From the NCBI RefSeq assembly GCF_036321535.1, contig NC_087437.1, positions 69,380,001-69,444,000 on the forward strand: a DNA stretch of 64,000 bases, in the 5' to 3' direction. The notes beneath the pieces are model-generated. The model did not search any database. It saw only the letters and a list, made by a program, of their open reading frames with translations, and was not told the origin of the DNA. How positions within the stretch are numbered: position 1 is the first letter of the stretch; each line of letters opens with the position of its first letter. This document shows, piece by piece, positions 50,738 through 62,480 of the stretch. The translations under genes and the position numbers were made by a program. The stretch is from Camelus dromedarius (Eukaryota).

Positions 50738-50985
50738 ACAGTGTAGTGTAGAACCTAAGAGCTTGGATCCTGGAGTCTAACTGCCTGAGTCCAAACACAA
50801 GTGCTGCTACTTGGTAACTTTGTGAACATGGGAAAATCACTGAAGCTCTCTATGCCCAAGTTTCCTCCTCTAAAAGGATATGGATAATAATAGTGACTGC
50901 CTCCTATGTCTTCTCTAAGGATTAAATATGTTAGTATGCAAAGAACAAAGAACAATGCCTGGCGTGTGGTAAATGCTTTATAAAG
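50738..50985 (+). mobile_element. Near full-length MIR SINE
   Basis: 'ctggagtctaactgcctgagtccaaa...tcactgaagctctctatgcccaagtttcctcctctaaaa...ggataataatagt...aggattaaat...agaacaatgcctggc'. Confidence 0.9.
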
Positions 50986-51077
50986 GGCATCTATGTTGGT
51001 ATCAATTGGGGTCTTGTTACAATAGCAGAAGGTGCTGGAATTTTTTTCCTGAGTAACTTTTACCTCGATATATAATT

Positions 51078-51560
51078 TATTCATTGATTCAGCGTGTCAT
51101 TGAGCAATGACATGTGATATGTTTTATTTATGGTGGTTACCAGAAATACATAGGGAATAAAATAGACAAATTCCCTGCCCCCACCAAACTTATATTCTAG
51201 TGGGAGAAACAAATTAAAAAACAAGAAAATGCATGCATATTCTATATGTTGATAGATAGATAGATAGAAGGATAGATAGATAGATAAGATAGAGATAGAT
51301 ATACTCTCTACATGCAAGATTTTTCCATATGATGAAGACTCTTGAGATTATGCAACAGGGCTAAAGGCATCAGGAGAAACTGGATGGGATGAGAAGGCAG
51401 CTGAGAATGGGAGGAAGCCAATCATGCATAGAGCAAGGGAAGACATTCAAGGGATCAGCAGTGCAGGCTCGCTGGTGATAGGGAACCTGGCATTTTTGTA
51501 GCATAGTAGTGGGGCCAATGGGGCGGAGGGGGAGTTGGGGGTGACAGCAGTTGAGGTCTG
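51078..51560 (-). mobile_element. L2 3' fragment containing a (GATA)n tract (51250-51301)
   Basis: 'ttattcattgattcag...aaatagacaaattccctgccc...cttatattctagtgggagaaac', with later 'gggaggaagccaatcatgca...gggaagacattc'. Confidence 0.75.
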
Positions 51561-54500
51561 TGGGGAGTACAGCCAGTCTGTTCTGCTCGGATTTCCATCA
51601 TAATTAAAAATAACCTATATGGACCACTCTTACATTTCCAACGCACAGATAGAGTCCAGATTTTCCTTAATTATCATCTCCTGTTTAGTAGATTTCTGGG
51701 GAAAAAAATACAAACACACACAAAAGGCATATGTCCATCTTTAGCTGAGCCTCTGATTAATCCAGTTTTAATCCATCTACCTAATTGTACTTTCCTATTT
51801 TCTCTTTCTTTATCCTCCAATTGCTCCACTGGGCGGGGGGTCTGGAGGGCAAACACATTCATTATGTTGCCAGCAAACAAGATAGGAATCACACTGCAGG
51901 GGACAAAATTAAATGTACAGCTTTCCCTTGTACATGTCATAAACTATTTATTTAGCACAAGAGGAGAAAGCTGCAGTGATGGGGCACAACTAAAATGTGC
52001 AGTTGGGTTCTTGCTGAAGAGAGGTCAGTGGTGTCTGCAGATATGCCCGGCTCAGGCTTCTGGAACCAGCTTCTGCACCCATCCAAAGGGCAGAGGGAAG
52101 GAGACTTGATTTATATGTTGAGTGTACAAAATTTCAACCTAAGACCATTCTCTGCTCATACTAACCATATGCCTGGACAAAGCATTGTGATCAGCGTGCA
52201 GAGGGTAGATTCAGCGAATGTTTATATCTACCTTCCCTGGTATATTAAAGCTGTGTGGGATCTTTTCAAAAGTTATAAGTGTGGAAACAGACACAGAGAG
52301 GCAATCATTGATAAAGGCTGCCCACTTGCGATAGTCAGAATTAGCTGTCTTCCTACAGGAAGCCTTCCCTGATACCTCAGTACTAGTTAGGGAGCTCCTT
52401 CCTGTTCCACTGATGCCATGTACACAGCAGTTACACTGCTGGTATCGTTCTCACTAAGCTTTGAGGCTCCTTTAGAGCAGTGAATCATCATATGCACACT
52501 TATATCTGAAGTGATGAGAAGTAGATCTGAAACCTGACAGCACTCCACATATATTAGGTGAGTGAGCGAACCCATGTTGATTTCAAATGAGACAAGATTA
52601 ATTACAGTAAAATACCTTCTCCACACCAACATCTTCACCTTATAATCTCTTCTCTGTCCTCACTTTTCCTTACTATTTGATACTGTCTTAGGTGATGGAG
52701 TCAGGAGTGACAGGGAAGAAGCGGCTCTAGAATTTCAGAGGATTTAAGTAGTCTGTCTGTTGCTCTATCCATCCTAATAGGGCATTGTTGGATGTTAAAT
52801 AATCTGACTGTGGAAACCCAGATGCTTGTTGCTTAAGTAAACAGGACAGGGATTTAAGACGCATGATGTGTGATTGAGTTAAAATGCGCTATTATCCAAC
52901 ATTTGCACAAATATTCGGCATAGTCATGATTCAGAGGACCCAACTCAAGCTGAGACTTTAGCAGGAACAATCTTAAAATGCAAACAAACAAAAACCCTCA
53001 GCAATACTTAGAAACCTTTCCTAACAAGCTTTAACCTTAGCAACAAATGTGTTTAGGTAACTCAGAGACGCCCCAGGATGCCTGTGTGATTCTTATTAAC
53101 AAATATGAAAGCATTTGAAAACTGTAAAATATACATGTGGCTTTCTTCTTGCTTTTTTTTTTTCCTATTTTGTTGTTTTTCCTCTCCTCCAAGCTCCTTT
53201 CCTTATCCACAGACCCAGGAACTTCCAATCATCTATTGTTCCTTGGCAGGACAGAAATCAAGAAGACTAGGGCCGGGTGGTGGCGAGTAGGGGTTAAGGG
53301 GACAGGTAGGCTGACTGCCAAGCCATGCAGCCCTAAGAGAGCTTGTGCAGGGAGTTTTGTAAGGAGGACAAAGCCTAGAATTGCTGCCAGAACTGTAGGT
53401 CACAGAGATTTATCAAGACCAGGACATCCAAAAAAAGTATAGCCTTGGAATGTGTACATATACACACATACATACATACACACCTGTACAGACAGACAGA
53501 CGAAGTTGTGAGTGCAGAAGTAACACAACCAGTAAATGCCGATCTTCTTATTTCTTTTGAATGAAACCTGTAAACCCCTTTTGCTAATATTTTTTAGAAA
53601 CATGGTATTAAGATAGGGGCTAGTGTGGTATTATAAAATGTGCCTGAAATTAAACATCAGAAAATCAGGATTTTAATCCCAAACCAAACATGCTGATTTT
53701 GTTACATGACCGTTAGCAATAGAAGCTTCCTCTTTTGCATCTATATAAATTCTATGAAATTGTGATGATCAAAGAAGTTGAACCACAGAGGGTTCCCATG
53801 AAAGGAAACTGAGATGTGCCACATAGAGGATAACTTTTTAAAACATTATAATAGGGCATAGTTTCCCAACTCTGATTACAAAGTGAGCCCTCATGATGTC
53901 CTGGCATCACTGGGGAAAGATTTAGAGGCACTGGCTTCAGAATCCCTCCTTCCCTCTATTTTCTGACCAGAACTAGTTTTCTAGGGAAGGATCTCCCAGG
54001 AACCAGGCTACTTCACCAAGCCGCACAGGTAGTGGAATATTACCCACACCAATCCATACACGAGACATGTGTACTGCCATTCACAGACTCTCTAAGAATA
54101 ATTCTCTAAGACCACGTATTGCCAGCCCCATAAGATTATCTAAGCTTTTACTTAGAAGAGCAGTAATTTGTTGTAGACCAGCACTAGAATTCATTTTCAT
54201 ATGCCAAAATGCTAATGTGAATGTGCAGAAAGAACCTTTGTCTCTGGGGGCAAAGGAGGCGGATCCATTAATGTTCTTTCTTTTCTGCCCTACTTCCCTT
54301 TTATTTTCTTTTCTGCTTGAGGGTGAGTTATTTTGACATGATTATGCACTCTCACTCCAGCATCCCAATCCGCTATTCCCCACCCTCGCCTGCCAAACCC
54401 CATCTATTTAGTCTGTGTGTGTTTGTGTGTGTGCATTTTGTAGCTTCTCTATCTAAATGTTTCTCAGAAAAGGTCCAGTAAAGATAAGGTTTACATCCCT

Positions 54501-55164
54501 GCTAAATCTGACGTAGAAATCCATCTAATTTTGAAGGATAATCTGCTGCATTGTCTCTTTTGGTGTGTAAATACTACACCCTAATGCTCTTTGATTTGGA
54601 ATATTTTTTGGCACTAAACCCATCCATAAGATAGCTTGGATCTCAATTGCTTCTGTTGTGACTTTCTTGGCAGTCAGTATTCCTAGCATTTGCTTGGGAA
54701 GGAGAGGTTGATAGATTGGAGAATTTCTTAAGCCCACAGTGCAGCCATTCCTAATGCCAAGACAAGGCTTATGTACTTGACCTGTCAGATAGCAGCAGAA
54801 TAGTCATGAAGCTAACTTGTGGGATTGTCACATGGTCCAACGACATACTTCCTGCTCAGTGTTCCATTATGTTAAGTACAAATAAAAGGGGTTAACCACA
54901 GATGGTTCATTTAGTTCACCTTATGAATATGGCATTACTTGCTATTTACAGACTGGGATAAAAATTAAAATGTTTACTCTCATAATACTGATAATATAAA
55001 ATCATACTACTATATTAACTTATAGATTAAATGGAAACATCCTGCAAAAATATTATTTCATGCTATTTTTATTGCAATATAATATTTCTTGCTTCCTCAT
55101 TGTGGTAGGTACAATACAAAAGAAAACTGCACGTTCCTTATCCCAAAACAAAGTACATAGTTCT

Positions 55165-55375
55165 AAAGCTGAATTCTCCAATATGACAGAGTCACCTGCC
55201 ACATTTGGCTATTTAAATTTTAAGTAGTTTTAATAAAATAAAATTCAACAGTTCCTCATCTGCACTAGCTACTTTTCAAGTCCTCAGCAGCCACACGTGG
55301 CTGGGGACCCTTCATTGAAAAGCACGTCTATAGAGCATTTCCATCATTGCAGAAAGTTCCGTCAGAGAGCATTGT
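55165..55375. mobile_element. MER3-like hAT-Charlie MITE
   Basis: 'ccacatttggctatttaaatt...aaaattcaacagttcctcatctgcactagctac..ttcaagt.ctcagcagccacacgtggct...agagcatttccatcattgcagaaagttc'. Confidence 0.85.
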
Positions 55376-55384
55376 AAATATTCT

Positions 55385-55540
55385 TTTTCTAAACGTGGTC
55401 TGTTTCTGCTTATTAAAAACACAAATTTTTGACCCATTCAAGATCTACTGAATCAGAATCTCAGGCATGCAGCCGTCAAACCTGCATGTTAACAAATTTC
55501 TCAGATGTTCTCTATCTGCAGTGAAATTTACGAACGCTTC
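55385..55540. mobile_element. MER5-like MITE
   Basis: 'agatctactgaatcagaatctc...acctgcatgttaacaaatt'. Confidence 0.7.
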
Positions 55541-56763
55541 ATAGAGTATGTCTACACATCCATGACACATTTACACACCCGTCACCAAAACGTTGCCAAA
55601 TATGTTTTATTGTAAATAGTTCTCCCTTGTTTGTTTCAGTTTTGTTATTTTTCTCTCCTTCTTTTTCACTGAGATATATTCTTCCTCATGTTTTAGGGGG
55701 TCATAAAGTAATTCTCACCAGAATAATTACTAAATGATTTGGTTGGAAGTGACTAGCGAAAATCATCATCTCTTCTTTTTGCCAATGACTACATTAGCAA
55801 ACATAACCAGGGAATAAAGTAAAAAGCATAAGGACATCTAAAGAAACTAAAAATTCTCACTGAAAACATCATAAATCATAAAATTCTTTGAATATTCATT
55901 GAAGTCCTTCTCCTTTTGTCGGTTCTTTGATTATTACTATCACTAGAAAGTATAAAGAAAGGTGGAATCAGTGTCTCAGGAATGAAGGGGCTCTTAGAAA
56001 TTACCTACTTCATCCTGCTTGCATTATGTCTGTACCGTCACACAATTCACAGAATGCTCATGTAGCTCGGGGTCCTACACTTTGCCTAGACATATGGGTC
56101 ACTGGCATTGGGTCCGGGCATGGTTGGGAGGTTCCCAGGTGACTCTGATAATCTGGCTGCCTTGGAAACCCATTATCTGGGCTGTGATTGATCACCTTCA
56201 GTGTTCCACTTTCAGTCTCCTTCCTGAGGCTGCCTACCCAATCATCAGAGCACTAAGAATACCCTTCCTTAAATGGACTTGAACCTGTCTTTAAAGCTTC
56301 TACGCACAGGGCCCAGTGCTGCTTTTCAAGGCTACATGAGATATGCCTAATTCTCCACATAATACTCCTTTCACAAAGCACACCTTCCCACTTGATACTA
56401 GCAATCGCATTCCTCCGGAGCTTCCCTTTCCCCAGTTACATCCCTGATTACGACTTGTTTTTTGTAACCATTCTATTTTAGGTATAATATTGTGTCATCA
56501 CATCATAACTGGTCTCTTTCTTCCGAAAGAGTTCCAGTTTGCTTGTATCCTTAAAAATGTAGCACTCTGAAATATTTTTTATCTATAAGTAAAGCCTGAT
56601 TTAATTTAAAATATTTAACAACCATATTCTCATCACGTCTTACTTCCTGCCCACCAAAACGCCAGCCAACATCCTTTCATGTGCATTGTTACCCGTCTCA
56701 GACACCAAACATGTGTTTGGCTAATCTCACCACTGCTTTATATATATATAAAGCACCACTGTG

Positions 56764-56766
<3 letters not shown>

Positions 56767-56854
<88 letters not shown>
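56767..56854. repeat. (AC)36(AT)8 compound microsatellite
   Basis: Perfect array read directly; it explains the HT-repeat ORFs. Confidence 0.98.
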
Positions 56855-57659
56855 CTCCAGCATTTTTCCTTGAAGCCCAGCCCAAATTAGAAGGGTTTTA
56901 TGTGACTTCCTGCATTCTTTTACTCAACTTTCAGGATTTTCAGCAGTGATATCTTTCCCTTCCTATGACAGGTAGTAGAAAAGGATCTGATAATTTCGGA
57001 TGCAAGTCAGTCCTAGAGGTCTCTTTTCCCTTCTTTCATTTTCTTTCCTGCAGTGTGGAATTACAGGTTTGCCACCCCCTGCCTGGGAACTCTGAGGGAG
57101 ACCTAAAGAGAACTGGAATTTTCACCAGTGCCCTAAATCACCATTATTAAGTCCAAAGAGCACATCCTGTACAGGAAAATTGCAGCGGCATATGGGCAGC
57201 CCTCTGCACTTCATATGTTATCCATCACATTACAGAGCCCTGCCACATGTTCCTGAAGTGGCCAGGGAAGAACTTGGCTCAGTGCTTGCTGAGTAGGGCC
57301 TCTTAATCTGTTTTACAGCAAATGGTTTTGCAATTACCATGGGCATCACGAACCCGGCTGATATTTGAGCTTTGTCCTGACAAGTCTGTAACAAATAAAC
57401 ATATGACTCAAAGATAATCCACTGAAATTAATGGAAAAAAGAACTAGAGAAATGGAGAAAGGGTTTATTGGTTATAAGTAGAGAAGGAAGAAACCTCAGC
57501 TCTCTCTTTGATTTGGGCTTTGATTTTGGCTGATTTATATATGTATGCACATGTATGTTTCAAATGTGTACTGTATGTTCTTAATATATGTGCATTTATA
57601 TGTTTCAGACACACATGTGTGTGCACACACACTTTTATGTCCATCACATATTTATAATC

Positions 57660-58420
57660 AGGCAACATGTTAGGCATTATTTTTTTTAAGTCATCAAAAC
57701 TAAACCTCTGTGCCTTCCCTCATAAGAGAGTCTAGTGAATGAGAACAGACATGATCAAATCGTCTCGGAGATAAATGTAAAACTGTAGCTACCACAGTGC
57801 TTCACAGAAGTGTATCGTGCTATGAGTCTACAGGGGGGATTTTGTGTTCACCTGGTTGATAAAGGAAGGCATTCGCGATAATAATGGAGCTGCGATCTGA
57901 GGCAATGACCTGAAAACACTTTTTATACTCCAAATATGCATTTATAATGTGTGAAGTACCTGTGTATATTCGTATCTATAGATATCTCAATATTTTCAAA
58001 GCATAATTTGCCTTTAAGTTAGGTAAAAGTGAACAGAAATAAAAGGTTTTTTTTTTTTTCTTGTCCCCAAAGAAATGGCTTTCATTCCTCATAGGGTGCG
58101 TGCCTTTTACTTTGGAAACCTCTTTGAGGATGTTGATAATCTGACTAAGCAAAATGAGTAGGGGTGGGGGGGAAATATGTGTCAAGCACTTGAAGGAGGA
58201 GGGAACGAGGCCTATTTAAGAGCTGAAAGGAGCCCAGGGCAGATAAAAGGGAGAGGGTGCAGTGAGGTGAGACTCAAGAAGAACTTAGGTCCCAGACCAG
58301 ACAGGGCATTGCTGAACCCAGTAAAGTCTGAGGTCATTAACCTAAGACCCATGGGAAGCTGTGAAAAGTTTAATCAGTGGGTGAGATTCCTTTTGAGTTT
58401 TGAAAGATTTTAACTAATTG
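57660..58420 (-). mobile_element. L2 fragment(s)
   Basis: 'tgccttccctcataagagagtctagtg', 'ataaaggaaggc', 'ccagaccagacagggcattg...atgggaagc...ttttgaaagatt'. Confidence 0.55.
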
Positions 58421-58559
58421 TGGACAATAGATTTTACCATAACATGTTAAACCTTGAGCAACTGATTCTGTCAGTGAATGGGTCACTTAAGATAAATGAA
58501 AGTGTATGAAGATACACTTTGTGTTCCACACTTTGCTATCAAATATGGCTTCCTAAACA

Positions 58560-58672
58560 AGTATAAGAAAATGTTAATTGTAGAATCTGAGTGGTGGATA
58601 TATGTGTTCACTGGATAGACCAACTTTTCTGTATGTTTAAATTTTTTTCATATTAAAACCTTGGGAAAAGTA
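58560..58672 (+). mobile_element. Old L1ME 3' terminal fragment
   Basis: 'aaaatgttaattgtagaatctgagtggtggatatatgtgttcactg...caacttttctgtatgtttaaattttttcata'. Confidence 0.75.
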
Positions 58673-60327
58673 AGGAATTTTTAAAAATGCCTTTCTAAAG
58701 TAGTCAAGGTATGTAAGGTACCAAGTGCCATAACACATAGAACTGAATCTTTGGTTTCACAGTTTCTCAATGTGGGCCAATGTATTTGTGATCGACAGTT
58801 AACATCCAGTGTCTATCATCATCTGAATCACATCTCTTTTGGCATATTGCTTTATTGTCTGAAAATATTTAATAGACCAGCAAGTAAGTGCTTTACTTAC
58901 GATAACTCTGTTAATCCTCACAACTGCACTAGGAGGTATATAGGCCCAGGAAAACCATTAAGCTGCTTATATTATAGGTTACCATTACAGGTTATTCCAT
59001 GATATGAGCTATTTTGGGAGACTTTCCATTTTTATTTGAATATGCAGACACAGATTTAAAATGTTGAGCTTGCTAGAGCTCTAGTATATTCATTGGTTTT
59101 GATGCTCCAGAAACAAAGATTTGACCATAATTTTATATAAAATCTATCTTGTTTTTTCTTTTTCTCATTTGCAGAGCAAATCTACTAGATCTCATTAGTC
59201 AAAGTAATGAATCAGCAGTTGCTAAGTACTGTGAATGTTATAATTTGGACTAGGTTTTAGTTAAAGGCAAAGTGTTAAAACTACTGTTAAAAAAATCTCA
59301 CAAGATTGAATTAAGAGGTATCTAGGTAGAGTGCCCGTTTGCCTCTGGAACTGGTTCTCAGCCCTTAGCAATAGCTGAGAGAAAGACAATCTAATTGATC
59401 CAATGCCAATTCTCCTCTAAATAATATGACAGCCCACCCATACTTTCCTATGAATTTGTAATCACATTATGGTTACCATCCTATAAAAGTTCTGTTGTTC
59501 TAAATTAAATCCACTATTGGTTTTATGTATCACCATTATTCTATACAAAAATTTTTAAAAAAGATTTATATACCTTGCTATGCTGGAGTTGGGAAAATGG
59601 ACTGTAGTCCACTTAGTAAAGTGGAACAATTTGAGGATTCCAGGTTGATCTTATTCTTTCTCCTTAATCACTGGAATCATTATCAGGAAATGCGTGTGGC
59701 CTCTTCAGCACCAAAGCTATTTTCATCCTTGTTGAGTTCTTTTGCCTAGTCAATTTACTAAAGAGATAGCACAGTTTGATAAGTCATCTTTTCTTAGGAA
59801 AAAGCAAGCCCTCCGTAGCATGTGGCATAATTTAAAGCCATTATTCAGGAGAAACCTGCAGAGGTGAGCTCCTAAATACAGAATCACTCTCATTTTCCCA
59901 TTGTTGGATTGAATCATTAGCTAAGTCATCATAGGTACGATATAAGAAATCCCTTTGAGTTCTCAGATGGACTTGAGTGGCTGAAAGATAACAGGGGGGC
60001 TTTTGCTTTGGAGGAACTTGTGCAGAATGTGAGATCCAACTTAAAGGAATTTTGCAACAATTCCTAATGTGGTTCTAAACAATCAGAGTTCTTTTTTCAG
60101 AGGAGGATTTTTGTTTTGTTTTGTTTTGTTTCAGTTTAAACATTTTTCTGACTCTGTATTTCTTCAATGTAGGTCCTTTTTTAAGTATAAAAGACAGTTT
60201 AAAAAATTATTCATAGTATCATGGAAATGTAAACACTGGTAATATTTTGACAAATTTACTTCTAATCTTTTTAAAGCATTTATTTATTTATTTGTAGAGG
60301 TCTTCTTTATTACAGAATTTTTTTTAA

Positions 60328-60435
60328 CAGCAGAAACTTTTTAAAATCTATTTTTATATATAGTGGCTGACATCTGTAAATCTCAGACTCCCAAATTTAT
60401 CCCTCCCCACCCACTTTCCCCAGTAACCATAAGAT
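60328..60435 (-). mobile_element. Internal fragment of the young camelid-type L1 3' UTR
   Basis: Aligns with 34579-34687 ('tctatttttatatatagtggct...aaatctca.act.ccaaat.tatccct...gtaaccataagat'). Confidence 0.85.
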
Positions 60436-60934
60436 AATACAGATATTTTTTAAATGCTTCATGGTGTATAAGTGACAAAACCAGTGGGATGGAATACCGA
60501 GACTGGGTTTTAGTCCACACTTTTCTAATGATATGTTTATAACTTTAGATAAGTTATGTGTGTGCATGTGTATGTATTTATAATGCATTTCACTGTGGGT
60601 CTTATTTTCTTCTTTTCTAAATAATTGAACTTTATGATCTGGATCTTCCTGCAGGTTCTACCTCACATGATCTTCTGTAATTCCAATTACCACCATTAGA
60701 ATTTAATTTACATTTACATAAGAATGTCAACCACATGATTTCTCCCTCTGTGTATCTAGATGCCTAAAACAGTGAACCTGGCATATAGAGGTTGCTCAGT
60801 CAGTGTGTGTTGATCCAATCATTGCTATAATAAAGGACCTAAGTGGAGATGCAATCAGTAGCTTTTTGAGGTTGGACAAGCTCAATTTAGTACAGCTCAG
60901 GCACATTGTAGCATAATTTCACCGTTGAGGCACT

Positions 60935-61180
60935 GCAGTGTCATGGTTAAAGGGGCAGACCCTGAAGGCAGATTGCTGGACGTACACACCAGCTCCTCCA
61001 TTTACCAGCTAGGACCTTCTGCACATTCTTTGGCATCAAGTTATTGTTTAAATATTAGAATATGGGTGATAAATGTAGATAAATTATGAAGTGATTATTA
61101 GGAGTAAGTGAGTTTATACATTGAAAGTGCTTAGAAGGGTGCCTGCCACAAAGTAAAGCCCTCAGTAAGTGTTTGCAATT
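60935..61180 (+). mobile_element. MIR SINE
   Basis: 'cagtgtcatggttaaaggggcagaccctgaaggcagattgc...tgaaagtgcttagaagggtgcctgccacaaagtaaagccctcagtaagtgtt'. Confidence 0.8.
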
Positions 61181-61974
61181 AGTCCTTGTGTGTATTCCAA
61201 GTCTACGGAATGAGAATAAGCCCAAAGAAAGTCTTGGCATTAAAAAATTGTTTTTTAAACATAATCAAAATAAAATAACTTTTGTATCAAGAGTTTTATC
61301 ATACCTGATCTGGACTAGGAACCAAACAAGCTTGGTGAGGAAGAACAAAGTCCCAGAATTTTCGTAGACCAGAGGTGACAGATAGTCAGGGAGGCTTGAG
61401 ATCAGGTCCAGAGAGGTCAAATCAGCTAAAAAGGAAAGAAGAAAACACCAAATAGAAATATATATAAATTCTTATTCCTTTGTTCACCAACTAATTGCTG
61501 ATCTCATTATAGCTAGAGTCTTATGTCACTTCTGGACCCCTCACTTAATAAAGAATATGCACCTAGTCAACCTTCTCCATGTGTCTAGAGGCAAGTGGCT
61601 AGCAGAGTTTGTGGAGTCAGGAAGTGAAGGGGGTTCTCTAGACTGCATTATAATGAACAAATGAAGAAAGCTGGGGCACCTGCTCCTTCTCAGTTGAGTT
61701 GATCAACTGGAGTTTGGAGGTTGGTCTCCATGGGCAAGTCCCAGGAAAGCAGGTACTGTGTCCACTCTGAGGTTCAATAGCAAAGTCAGAATTCTGTCTC
61801 TCCCTCACCACCTCCCCCAACATTAAGCACCTAAAGGGAAGAGATTAAACTGATGCACAGAAGAGGTATAAGAGATATTTTTGTACTTAAAAAAAATTAA
61901 AGACGGAGAGGATAGCTGGCTTCCATATTTAAAGTTATAGTGAACTTTATATGCTCCCTAATTACACCAATCTC

Positions 61975-62480
61975 CCTCTATTCTCTAGGCCTTTGAATAT
62001 ATTACCTTTGCTTGGAATACCCATTCCATTGCTTATACTTGGATAACACCTATATATTTTAGAAACTCATCTGACATGTTACCATCTCTAGGAAACCCAT
62101 TCTTACAATGTCCTCTTCACCTCAGCTCAGGCTTAGATAAACAAGCATCCTCCTTCCTAACCCAATAGCACCTTATGCATGTATCCCTCACAGTCTAATG
62201 CAATGTTCATAAATTCCACTGTTGCTTTTTTTGTCTTCCTCATTAAGTTGTAAGATTCTTTTTAATTTATTTTTTCTTTTTATACATATATATGCATTCC
62301 TTTTCATATTATTTTTTATTATAGGCCATTACACGGTATTGAATATAGTTTCCATGCTATATAGTAGGACCTTGTTGTTTATCTATTTTTTATATAGTAG
62401 TTAGTTTGTAGTTGTAAGATTCTTGATGCTAATGACTTTGACTTTCAGCTTGGTATCCTAAGGACCTACCTTTGCTCAAT
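61975..62480 (+). mobile_element. L2 3' region split by a short L1
   Basis: 'ctttgcttggaatacc...tgttaccatctctaggaaacc...tgtcttcctcattaagttgtaagattcttga'. Confidence 0.7.
62261..62409 (-). mobile_element. Short L1 3' UTR insertion with 15-bp TSD
   Basis: AGTTGTAAGATTCTT is duplicated at 62246-62260 and 62410-62424. The insert contains 'tattgaatatagtttccatgctatatagtaggaccttgttgtttatctatttt'. Confidence 0.9.

Noticed and set aside
51614..51622. CArG box CCTATATGG
   Set aside because: Only five A/T between CC and GG; the canonical site needs six.
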